Assembly (NCBI GenBank): GCA_963575745.1
Contig: CAUYUJ010000001.1
Coordinates: 372,001 to 436,000, forward strand
Origin: Prorocentrum cordatum
Taxonomy: Eukaryota
DNA: 64,000 nt
Direction: 5' to 3'
Shown piece by piece: positions 40,411 to 52,627 of the stretch. Both the position numbers and the translations under genes were made by a program. The notes under the pieces were generated by a model, which worked only from the letters and a program-made list of their open reading frames with translations, was not told the DNA's origin and made no database searches. How positions within the stretch are numbered: position 1 is the stretch's first letter; every line of letters starts with the position of its first letter.

Positions 40411-43400
40411 GGGCCGACTCTCGCCATCCCTGCGATGTCTGAGCTGCCCTGGCGCCTGGCTGCTCCGCGGGGGCATGGCGGGCCATCGCCCCAGCATGAA
40501 TTTCTGTTCTGCGCGAGGGCTCGCGCGGCTGCCGCGCGCGCACGCCCCCGGGGGGAGGGGATGTGGGAAGGCCATGAGCGCTCCGAGCTTCTGCTAGGAA
40601 AATACGTTCCCCATCTCCCCCCCTTCCACGCCGCTTCCCTCCCCTTTCCCTTCCCCCCCCCCTGCTCGCCCCCCCCCCCCCGGCTTGCCCTCCCCTCCTT
40701 TTCCCCTTCGCGTTCCCCATCCCCGCCCCTTCCTGCAGCCGATGGCCAAGCCCCTGCGAGTGCCCCGATGTTCCCACGGGCCTTCTCTCTGGACGATCTC
40801 CATACGTGTGATACGATGTGAGTGGCTCTTCTATGTTACGATAAACAATGTGGATACATCGCTCGCAGACCTGAGACCTACGACCTGCCCCTCCTGTGCC
40901 CCTTCCGCCTCTCGTTCTCCGTTCCACCTTTGTCTCGTTGTTGTTAAGGACCTTCCCATCACTCCCCCTCCTTTCGCGAAGGACCGTCCCATCACTCCCC
41001 CTCCTTTCGCGGAACAAACAATGACAGAAACATAACAATTCGGAGGTCCGCGCGAATTCCGTCAATCGGCGCCGGGGCCCCCTGGCGGCGACTCTGGCGC
41101 CGCCCCTGGCGCGCTCCGGGAGCCAAGTAGGCGTGCCCAACGCCGATTCGAGAAACCCGCGCGGACATCCGAGTTGCTATGCGTACGTTGTTGCTTGCTC
41201 CCCTACGACAGGCTCGCATCGTGTCGACCCTGGCCTTGGTTCCTGACACCGCGGGGATCGTTCAACCTTGAATCGGGGAGACGTAAGACCCGGGTACGGG
41301 GGACTCGGAAATCCCCGACGAGGTCGTCAAAAAAATGACGAGGCCGAGCCTGCATTTTGACGAGGCCTCCCGCTGCAGACATCCCACGAAACTCCTCCTC
41401 GTCAAAATCCGAGGCGCGGTCGTCAAACCCGGGTCTTACGCTCCCCCGATTGAACGATCGGCCGTTTCCGAAACGCCCAAATCGTTCCACACCGAACGAT
41501 TCTGGGTCGCCCGCGGCGTTCAACGTTGAACGCCGCTGGCGGGGTCGACGCCGGTCGACACGACACGAACCTACCGTATCCTTTCCCCCACTTGCGTTGC
41601 TCCCATCGTACTTAAGGGCCACATCACAGACATACTTTCGAGCACCCAGAAAAATACCGAACAATTTCGAACGAGTATCGCCTCCCAGGGCCAGACACGT
41701 GAAAGCCCTCCAATGTCGGTACTTTTCGTGGTGCTCGAAATTCTTTCTGGTGATCAAGGCTACAGTAGGTTGGAACATCATGATCCCCCACCCCTCTGCC
41801 CCCTCCCCTCCCCGCGTGCAGGAGAATCGTCGCAGGCGGTGGGCTCTCATCAGCAGACCAGCTGCGCCGCCGCCCGTCGCAAGCCTCGCGGCTGTGCGGG
41901 AAGTTGCCATGCCGGCAAGCGGACGGCACTAGCAGCAGAGTTGATGGGCAGATGTTCCATCACCACTACAGTAGGTAGGAGGGAGGGGAGGAGGAGGAGG
42001 AGGAGGAGGAGGAGGAGGAGGAGGAGGAGGAGGAGGAGGAGGAGGAGGAGGAGGAGGAGGAGGGAGGAGGAGGAGGAGGAGGGAGGAGGAGGAGGAGGAG
42101 GAGGAGGAGGGAGGAGGAGGAGGAGGAGGAGGAGGAGGAGGAGGAGGAGGAGGAGGAGGAGGAGGAGGAGGAGGAGGAGGAGGAGGAGGAGGAGGAGGAG
42201 GAGGAGGAGGAGGAGGAGGAGGAGGGGGGGCCGAATCTCGCCATCCCTGCGATGTCTAAGCTGCCCTGGCGCCTGGCGGAGGAGAGGAGGAGAAGGAGGA
42301 CGAGGACGACGAGGAGGAGAAGGAGGAGGACGAGGAGGAGGAGGAGGAGGAGGAGGAGGAGGAGGGTGAGCAGGAGGAGGAGGACGAGGAGGAGAAGGAG
42401 GACCTCCCCATGATCCCTTCTCCCCGGCCCTACCAATGGTAGTGGTGGTGGACAATGAGCCCATCAAGAGTGGTGCATGCAGAGCATCTGTCAAAAGCCC
42501 GCGCGGAAAATTTGGAGCCTGCGCTCCCGACTGTCGCCTTCCCGTGCGGCGGCGCCAAAAGCCTGCTTCCGAGCGTCTTCCACGGTCTGGGTAGGCCCCA
42601 ACGTCGCCCCATGGGAGACCTACCGTAGGGGCCCGACCACAGGAAGCCCTCTACAAGAAACAAAACCCTGAGACCCCAGGACGCCCCTTCATGTTTGGTG
42701 TGGGAACGTCGCGCTCTCCATGGCAAAACCATCGACACCCAAGAAATTCAGGACACCCTGGAGGTTTCTTGGCATGAGCCCCCACTGTAGAAGGGGAAGG
42801 GCCAGCTCAGGGAGGAGGCATCGACTCGGAGTCGGCGATACGTCGCCGATAGATCGGCGACAGGGCCCCGAAAACGAGCCCGCTCGCTCCTGGGCAGGCT
42901 GATGCTGTCGGGCCCCCCAGTCGGCGGTGAACGGGCGAGGGGGAGTCGCAGCATCCCTCCTGAGTGGACAGTTTCCCCTGGGGCCGTTGGCGACCCGAGG
43001 GGGTGGCGAGGAGGAGGAGGAGGAGGAGGAGGAGGAGGAGAGGAGGAGGAGGAGGAGGAGGAGGAGGAGGAGGAGGGGGAGGGGGGGGAGGAAGGGGAGG
43101 GGGAGGGGGAGGGGGAGGAGGGGGAGGAGGGGGAGGAGGACGAGGACGAGGAGGAGGAGGAGGAGGAGATGAGGAGGACAAGGAGAGGAGGAGGAGGAGG
43201 GAAGAGGAGGAGGAGGAGGAGGAGGAGGAGGAGGAGGGAGGAGGAGAGGAGGAGGAGGAGGAGGAGGAGGAGGAGGAGGAGGAGGAGGAGGAGGAGGAGG
43301 AGGAGGAGGAGGAGGAGGACGAGACGGGTCCCCTAAGCCCTTCGGAGAAACCCTCCAATCGGCGATCCACAAGAGGGGGAGTCGAAGCATCTCCCCTGAG

Positions 43401-45014
43401 CCTCTCCACCCCCCTAACGTTGCCCCCGATGGGCGTCCTGGGGCGGGCCCCGAGGGACCCCTCTTTGGAATAGGCGGCCGTCCTGGGGCACGCCCAGGCC
43501 TCCACCGAAGCGACGGCGCCCACAGAGAGGCGGTGCTGGGGCGGGACCTTCTGAGAAGGCGGGGGAACTTCTTTCAGAAAGCAGGGGGCTTCTTAGCAGG
43601 CCTCCCGGTTTCCAGGACGCCTTCTCAAAGCCGCCAGGATCTTCTGAGACGGGGGCGCCGTTGTCGTGCGCGACCCCTACCAGCAAGCTGGTCCAGCACA
43701 GGACCGCGGAGCGGGGGCCGTGCACAGCAATGGCATCCACCTGGGGGCACGCTGCCTGTGCCTCCTCCTTCTTCTTCCTCGTCTCCTCCGCTTCCTCCGC
43801 CTCCTCCGCCTCCTCCGCCTCCTCCGCCTCCTCCGCCTCCGCCTCCTCCTCCTCCTCCTCCTCCGCCTCCGCCTCCTCCTTTTCCTCCTCCCAACCCGCA
43901 GACGAGCTGGGTCGGCACAGGGTGGGCGCGGGCAGGGGGGGCGCGGTGGCCACCGCCCGGCCCCAGAGAAGAGGGCGCCCGCCTGCAAAGGGCCCCCCCC
44001 CCGTCCGGCCTTGGGAGGTCGCCCACCCCCGTCGCGCCGCCCGGGAGGGCCCAGAAGCGCATCGACAAGCCGGAGCTCGGCGATCGAGGGGAACCGGAGA
44101 GGCGGAGGTCGGCCGCCGAGTCGGGAGGAGTCGTATCGGCGGAGATCGGCCAGGCCAGTAATGCCTCCAGTGAGGCATCGGAGCCCACATCGGACTCCCA
44201 GATCGGATCGAATCGGAATCGGAAGCCACCGATGTCGACTCGCATCGGAGCGGAGGGATCGAAACGATGCCCTGGCCTCCCCCTTGTGGGCGCCGCCGGC
44301 CGAGCTGCACACTCACGATAAGCCGCCCTCAACATCAGGAGGCGAGGGGCAACGAGAGGGGGGGGGGGTTGGCAGAAGGGTCAGGGGGACGTAAGACCTG
44401 GGTACAGGGGACTCGGAAATCCCCGACGAGATCGTCAACAAAAATGACGAGGTCGAGCATGCATTTTGACGAGGCCTCCCGCTGCAGACATCCCACGGAA
44501 CTCCTCCTCGTCAAAATCCGAGGCGCGGTCGTCAAAAAACGATGGCGAACCCGAGTCCTGGCAAACCCAGGTCTTACGCTCCCCCGAAAGGGGGGGGGGA
44601 TGCATCGACCTGGGATCGGCGATACACCGCCGATGCGCCGAGAGATCGGCGATAGGCCTCCGACAGTACGTCCGCGCCTCCCTGGCCAGGCTGGGGCTAT
44701 CGGGCCCCCTGGCGGCGACCACTGGGCGATTGCGGGTCGAGGCAGCCCACCCGTATGCCTACATCCCCGCATGGCCTTCGGGCCAGAACTCGGGCCTCCG
44801 GCGGCCGTTTGGGACGATGCCAGCACCCCCGGCACGCCCTCGACGAGGCGCAGCTGCTGGGACGCATCCCGAGGCCGGAAAGCCGCCGCGAACGCACGAG
44901 AACGACCGAAAACCTGGAGCCTCGGGTCGAAAACGACCGGGAACCCATGCCGACTCTCCCCCCGATCCCCCCCCCCCTGTCGTTGCCCCCGAGGAGGGCC
45001 CCGCGGAGCAGGGC

Positions 45015-45140
45015 CTACGCCGCCGGGGCAGACAGCGCCGTCTGCGAGGCCGCCAGCTCCGCGTGCCTCGCTCGCAGGCGCTTGGCCGGCGGCTCGTCCT
45101 CCGTCCTGGGGTGGCTGGCCGAAGACTTCGAGGCGTCCCT
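45015..45140 (-). CDS. Terminal exon RDASKSSASHPRTEDEPPAKRLRARHAELAASQTALSAPAA*
   Basis: cgag|AGG, 41 codons then TAG; high GC3; acceptor abuts a TIR element. Confidence 0.65.
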   Translation of the reverse strand, partial: RDASKSSASHPRTEDEPPAKRLRARHAELAASQTALSAPAA

Positions 45141-46421
45141 CTCGGGCCGGGCGAAAGGGGGGGATGGCAAAGGGGGGGGGGAGAATCAGCTCACGTAGCT
45201 TACTTTCCCGGCGCCTCCCGGCGCCGGAGGCGCCCATGTGTCGAGGAATGGGCCCTTCGGTGGGGCTGAAACCACAGCTGCATGCAGCAGATTTCGGAAC
45301 CCCCCCTTAAGGATTTCCCTGTCACCCCCTTTCGTCCGGCCCGACTCTCGCCCCTGCCTGCGACTTCAAGGCTTCGAGCCGTCCTCACCCCTGTTCCAGA
45401 AGAAGAACAAAAAACACATACAACATAAACTCTTGGCGCTCCGCGCGAATTTCTTAGATCCGCGCCTGGCCCCCCCGGCGGCGCCTGCGGCGCCGCCCCT
45501 GGTGCGCACCGCGCGCCAGGGAGGGGGGTCCAGCGCGAATCAAAAAAATCCGCGGTCCTTCTCGTTCCTCATCCTTGCTCTGAGTGAGAGCAGTGCGGGC
45601 GTTCGGAGAACAGACGTGGTGCTGCTGGCCCGGCGGGAGTTCTGGCTGACCCTCTTGGCAGCCTGGGCCACGAACACATGCCATCATGAGCAACGACGCC
45701 CACGCTTCAGCGCAATGTACGGTAGGTTCGTATGGCGTCGGCGCGCGCAAAGGTTTTGGACACCGCGTCGATCGTTCAACCTTGAATCGGTCGCGGCCCC
45801 GAGCGTTCAAAATTGAATTCAATCGGGTCCTGGGCGCCACCGTGCTCCTGAGTGCGTCCGCGTCGTTCTATCATGCGGAGTTCAGCCTTGAACGCCTTCG
45901 CCGGCGTCGCCGGCGCGCCATCGCCGCACGAGCCTACCGTACGCGTCAAAGTGTTGCTCTCAGACTGAGGCCAAACAAAGAGGCTCCGACTTGCCGTCGC
46001 TCGGACGTCCATTTCCCGTGCATGTTTCGGTTTCGTGCGTGTTTTTTTATCGATGGTCCAGGATGGTCCTCGATGTGTCTCGCCAAGAAAAAAGCACACG
46101 TCCGAGCGATGCCAAGCCGAAACTCGCATCAATCCGCGGGAGCGGGCACCCCGCCCAACACACCGAGTGGACCCCGTGGCGGACAGCCACCGCCCGCCGA
46201 GAGCGCCCCGACCCCTGGCGCAGTGTGGCGGCAAGGCGAGCTTGTCCCCCATCGCGGGGGACCTCCCTTCGCTTCCTACCGACCGAATGTTAGGAATGAA
46301 GATTCCGGCACGAGCTCGGGCGTCCGCAGATGATTGCAGCTGGACTCACGCTGCCAAGAGCTTTCGACGTGCAGCGTTCGAGCTCGAAAAGGCGAGAGAG
46401 AGAGAGAGTCAGAGAGAGAGG

Positions 46422-46454
<33 letters not shown>

Positions 46455-49400
46455 GGATAGAGAGAGAGGGAAAGAGAGAGAGAGAGGCAGAGAGAGAGAG
46501 AGGGAGAAAGAGAGCGAGAGTGATGGAGAGAGCGAGAGAGAGAGAGAGAGAGAGAGAAAAAAAAAAAAAGAGACAGAAAGAGAGAGAGAGAGAGAGAACG
46601 ACCCAATGTCGTCGACGCGCTCCGTGCTCTGAGCAAGCCTCAGAGCTGGCGCGCCAACCTGATGATTCACGATCACTGCGCAGCTCCCGGGGATCCCCGT
46701 CACGCCCTGTGGCACACCAACCCGAACCTGACCCGATCAGGAACCTGGAAACAACTATGGCAACAATCGCTTGCGAAAGGGCGGAGGGCTGGCGTACTCA
46801 GCCGCGCGAGGGCTGATTGCTCGAAAGACATAGGCGTACACATCTGCGTATACATCTCTCGCACAGGCCAGCCACGTGATGTGTATCCAACTCCCTGGTA
46901 ATTGAAACGTGCACAGCGGTCGGTTTGGTCGTGACACCCTGGCCTGCCCTGAGTGACTGCCCCATCGGGAGACTCTCGGTCGGGAGGCCGAGTCCTCAAC
47001 AGGTCAGCGGCGGCCCGCTTGGTGGCGTCGGGGTCCATGGACAGCGCCATCTTGGCGTCAGGCCGCTTCAGGAGTGCCACCTGAACAGTGGGGGTGGGGA
47101 GTGGAGGAGGAGGAGGAGGAGGAGGAGGAGGAGGAGGAGGAGGAGGAGGAGGAGGAGGAGGAGGAGGGGGAGGAGGAGGAGGAGGAGGAGGGGGAGGAGG
47201 AGGAGGAGGGGGAGGAGGAGGAGGGGGGAAGGAACGGAACAACGATATGTACCCTCTGGAAACGCATATGTGCTTCGCTTGAGGCCGAGCCCGGCCTCCG
47301 AAGAATCATGCCTCCAGAAGTGGGGCAGTGGCCGGCGTGCACGAGGGACGGGGGGGGGGGGTCGGTCGGACGGCCTCCCGAGGAGGCGCCCCGCCTCTGA
47401 GAAGCCCCCAACCTACCCAGACGCCTGTAAGGATTGATGGGCCTGTTTTCCACCAACCACCACCACCACCATAAGATGGAGGGGGGGGGATGGAGCGCAG
47501 CGCCTCTCGAGCGTCTCCCGACGGACTACGCCGAGGCGCCCTCACGCCACGATGGCGGAGAGGGCAAGGTTTAAGAATGGAGTGGCGATCGCTGCTGGCG
47601 AACACCGTGTGGGGAGAGGTGGGGAGGGACGGCGGCCCTGCAACGCTATGCGGCGGCAGTGCCTCCAGGAAGTCCAGGCGAACGTCCATGGGCTCGGCGG
47701 CGGGGTCGTCCGCAACGAAACGGACGGAGGCATAGCTCTCCCCGACGGCGACGACGGTCGCCTCGAGACCCGCCAAGGGGCCTCGACAGAGTCGCGCCCG
47801 CACGTCGGGGGCGAGGGCGGGCGGGCGTCCACGGCCGCGGCGGCCAGGCAGCACCGTGAGGCCATCCGCCCACTCATCGTTCAGCTCATCCTCGAAAGCG
47901 TCCTGACCAGCAGCAGGTCCAGCAGCGACATCAACCAGAGGTAGGCCCACAGGGGCAGGCTGCGGGCGGCGCCGCCGCCGCTGCCTGCGACCGCCCCCCG
48001 TGGCGTCCTCCATCACGTGGTCCCCAACCGCCTCGCCGCCGCCAACACGATCTTCATCGGCCGCAGCACCACCGCGGCCCGCAGCACCACCGCCACGGCC
48101 TCCGCGCCCTCGCCGCCGCCGCCGCCGCGCTGCAGCGCCAGGCACGGGCGCAAGCGGCTGGGCGGCAGGGTTCCGCAAACCCGCCACCGCCGCGCGCAGA
48201 AGGCCCTCCGCGGCGCGCAACAGGCGCACTCCATCGTGGGCGTGCCCTGCTGCCAGCCCCGCGGCCGCGTGCGCCGCGAGGAGACCCCGCGGGCCGCCTC
48301 CTCGGCGCGGCGCAGGCCGGCGGCCTTCGGCGAGAGCGAACCCGGCATCGGCCACGCGGCGAGCGCGCCGAAGGCGCGGCCCAGCGGCACGGGGAGGAAG
48401 GGGGGGTGTAGAGGATGAGGAGGAAGAAGAAGGGGAGGACCCCCTCCCCATCCTACTTATGGTGGTGGTGGAAGACAAGCCCACCAAGAGTGTCCCGATC
48501 TCTTCCGAGATCCCCCCCAACTTCCAAGAGGGCCGTCGCCTTCGCCCCACTCCTGATCCAGCTCCGCTGGGAAGCGATCCGCTGAGCCCTCCGAGAAGCC
48601 ATCGGCGCGGGCCTCGAGCCGTCGCCCTTCGGGCAGCGACGAGCGAGCGAGGGCAGGGGCAAATGGAGAAACAGACACGCGCGAAGCAGGTCATCTTCGC
48701 CCAGATCGCTTGCACTCCGAGTCGCAGTCGCGGTCATGCACGCTTCACTCTTCGCAAATCCACCGTGATCAGTGGCGACGAGGACCTCCAGGAAGGGTCC
48801 GGAAAACCTGGGAGGAGGAGGAGGCGGCGGAAGAGGAGAAGGAGGAGGAGGAGGCGGAGGCGGAGGCGGAGGAGGCGGAGGCGGAGGCGGAGGAGGCGGA
48901 GGCGGAGGCGGAGGAAGAGGCGGAGGCGGAGGAAGAGGCGGAGGCGGAGGAAGAGGAGGAGGAGGAGGAGGAGGAGGAGGAGGAGGAGGAGGAGGCGGAG
49001 GAGGCGGAGGCGGAGGCGGAGGAGGAGGAGGAGTTCGAACGACGGGGTCGACGACGCCCAGGAGTGGCCCGTGGGGTGCCCCCGTCGCCCCCGCGGGGGC
49101 TCCGAGGCCCGCGCTGGCACCTCCCGAGGCGCGACCCGTCCCTCCCTGCGCTCGCATCAAGTCGGGTCTGTCCCTCTACAGGAGGAATTTTCAAACACAG
49201 TGAAACAACAAAATGGGGACATTTTTTTTTGGGGGGGGGGTGAGTGTTCTTATTTTTTTCGCCCGAATCCGCCTGGAGGGGGACAGGCCCAACCCAATGC
49301 TTGCACCCGGGTCGGGGAGGGGGGGTCGGGCGGGCGCACGAGGGAGGAGCGGGAGCGGAGGAGCGAGGGGAGGGGTGCCTCGGGCTCTGGGTCCCCGCCT

Positions 49401-52224
49401 CCTCTTCCCTCCAGAGGTCCTCAGAGCCTCCTCGCCTGTCCCGCGGGGGCCCCCTTGGAGCCCTGGGCCGTAGAGGATCTGCGGTCGCGGCGCGGCGCGC
49501 GCGCGGCGGCCGCGGTCGCGCGTGGAGGTGCAGGACACCGCTGCGTGCGCCATGGGGTGAGTGAGTGAGTGAGTGAGGGGAGGGGAGGGATGGGGGGGGG
49601 CGAAGGAGGGGGATGGAGGAAGGGGCAGACGGGGATGGGACTTAAGTTGGCTGCTCATTCTGGGGACCTTCCTTCCTGGAGCCACTCGCTCCGCTCGTGC
49701 GTCGAAGCTGCATCGATGATTCGAGTCGACCTTGAGTCGAACCTGAGTCGAGCTTGAATCGAACTTGAGTCGAACTGGGGTCGAACCAGAGTCGAACAGA
49801 TCCAGAGGTGGGCCCCAGAGAGGTCCCCCAAAACGAGCATCTAATGAAGCAGTCACATAGCATACGCGAGCAAAAAACAACATTGGGTCGGGCCTGTCCC
49901 CTTTCAGGCGGATTTGTACGACAAAATTCTTAACAGTCAAAGAAATCCACCACAATTTCCAAAACATAATCCCAAACATAGTCCCCATAAAATTATTTTG
50001 ACAATTTTTTAATTCTTCCTCCTGCACAGGGACAGGCTCGACTCAAAACCAGCAGAGAAGAAACCGCCTCGTCCGCCAGGCGGACCAACGTGGCCGCCTC
50101 CTGCGGGTTGGGGAAGACCGCGCCCTCCGGCTGCCGCCCCTCCGGCAGGCTCAGGTCGAAGCCGTGCTTTCTGGCCAGCTGCAGCCACCCGTCCATCTTC
50201 GCGACGTCCACCTCGCCGACCTCGCGATTTCAGACGAAGCCAGGACGAGTACAGCACCGGGTGAGGATCAGTCCGCCGACCCCTTGGGGTCACGGCGTGT
50301 GAGATGGCTCCCCCTCCACCACTAGCCCCTGCCCCGGGAGCCCGGTCCGGCCGGATCGGAGATGGGGTGGCGGGGTGGGGAGCAAAAGTGCCGGCCGCAC
50401 CCTCGGAGCCTCAGGGAGCCCCAAAACATGCCAAAAGGGCCCCAAAAGGCACCCGGGACGGTCCAAGAAGAAGGCTACGAGTCGCCGAAAGATCGCTCCA
50501 AAACCCCCAAGATTGTCTCCAGACGGACCCGGAGGCCCCCAAGACGCCCCGAGAAGCCACCAAGAGCCATCACAAGAGGCCCTCAAGAAGCAACAATCGT
50601 CTCACTCCCGAGGTAAAACGTATATTTGTAGCACATTCGCCTCTTGGGCTTCCACGAGGCCCATAACGGCCCAAGAAGCCTTCAAGATCGTCCCAAGATA
50701 GCCCAAAAGGCACCCAAGATGGCTCCAAGACGAATCGGCCCCAGAAGCCTCCAAAACGGCCCAGGAAGGCCCCATGACGGCCCCAAGAGGAGGCCCAGAG
50801 GGGGAACCTGAATGGACATTTCGAGCACTCAGCCCCGAACAAAAAACTGAGGAGGCGCCAGGAGGCCCCAAAGAGGCTCCCACCAGGCCCCCGAAAGGCC
50901 CCAAACAGGCCCCTAGATGCCTCAACACGGCTCCCCAAAGGCTTCAAAAATGCTGCCAGAGCCCAGAGAAGCCCAAGAGCAGAGCCGCGATCCGCCAACC
51001 GCCCCCGACGAAATCCCAAGAAGCTGAAACCCCAAGACTCCCAAGAAATCGCGCGCGTTCCGCAAACTCTGGTTTTCACTCTTACTGCCGCCCCAAGGGG
51101 TCGGCGGAGCGGCGTCAGCCAATGAATCGAAAATCTCTGAGATCTGGTGGCTCTCGAGGATGTCTCGGGCGCCGCGGCCATCTCAGACCGTTCTGGAACG
51201 CTCTGGAACGGATTTATCCTCGTCCTAGCCTCGCCCGACGCTCTCTGGAGACAGGCGGGTGGGAGGTGAACGGGGATGATACAACCATCGTGCTAGCATA
51301 AGGAACGCTGAATACGGCGAGCATTGTTCTGTGCGACCATCGTGCTACAGAAATCGTGCTGACGTTGACCACGGAGAGCCTCGGCCACGAGAAGGTCCCA
51401 CGACCTGAGTCTGACGAACGGCCCGACAATTGGAGCCAAACCTGGGCTCAAAGTGGTCCTTCTCTCAGCATCTTGACTGCATGGAGGATATATAACGATG
51501 AGGACGACGAGAAGGAGACGGCGGCAGGTTCTGGGGAGACAGCAAATGAGGAAGGAGGCGGAGGCAGATCATGCGGAGGAGGCGGAGAAGGACGAAGAGC
51601 GGGGGACGGGAAAGAGGATGAACAGGACGGAGAGGAGGAAGACGACTGGCCGAATTGGATTCAGAGGAGGGGCATGGGGAGAAAGACGACGGATATCATG
51701 CTGATGCTGATTGTGAGGAGCAGGGAGGGGAGAAATTCTGACGCGAACGAAATTGGAGGTGATGACGAGGTGGATGAGGCCGATGACGGGAAATGAGGAA
51801 GAGAAAAGGAAAGGAGCGGAGAGGAGGGTCGGTCGGATTCCGGCATTGCAACACTTTGCGCGCAGTCTTGCGCACCGTTTTGCGCAGATAAGAGAGGGAG
51901 GGAGGGAGGAGGGAGAATGATGAAAGAAGAAGTAGGGGAGCCAGGGCAAAGGAGAGAGAAGGACTGGCTGGAGGAGGACCAGTGGGACCTGAGCCCTGGC
52001 GGGGTCCTCCTTCTCCTTCTCCTCCTCCTCCTCCTGCACCCCATGATGATGATGATGATGATGATGATGATGGTGATGATGACGATGACGATGACAATGA
52101 TGATGATGATGCTGATGATGATGATGATGATGATGATTATTATTATGATGATAATGATGTTGATCCTCACCAACATCACCACCATAATCGACATCAACCG
52201 AAGCATTGTCAGCAGCAGCAATCG

Positions 52225-52269
<45 letters not shown>

Positions 52270-52406
52270 AATCATCATCATCCACATGCTCATCCTCATG
52301 CTCATGCTCATCCTCATCCTCATGATAATCATCATTATCATCATCGTCATGACCATTACCATCACCATACTCTGCATCATCTGCATCACCATCATCATCA
52401 TCAGCG

Positions 52407-52439
<33 letters not shown>

Positions 52440-52589
52440 CCATCACCATCATCATCAACAGCAGCCGACGCATCAGCATCAGCAGCAGCACGCGAATTAT
52501 TATCATCAGCGGCATCATCAACAAAATCATCATCAGCATCAGCATCATCATAGAATCGCCGTTAGCATCACCAGAGTCAGCATCAGCTG

Positions 52590-52627
<38 letters not shown>

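Noticed and set aside
39274..41140. Long ORFs (433-570 aa) of poly-P/L/G/E/R, and similar ORFs over other microsatellites
   Set aside because: Translations of stop-free (GGA/CCT)n, (CAT)n, (GCACGC)n and (GCCTCA)n repeats.
44770..44940. Exon-like DASQQLRLVEGVPGVLASS
   Set aside because: Matches a diverged repeat copy at about 63035-63185.
29560..45015. A plus-strand gene converging on the minus gene (possible chromatin domain boundary)
   Set aside because: Some islands read well on plus (AAAEVLGDSPDTTFKFARIGGFS), but the in-phase minus frames are equally open with valid splice sites, and repeat polarity does not switch; unresolved without stranded RNA.
51428..51455. Possible extra spliced-leader relics (also near 8961 and 33415)
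   Set aside because: Only short partial matches; no CCATTTTGGCTCAAG.
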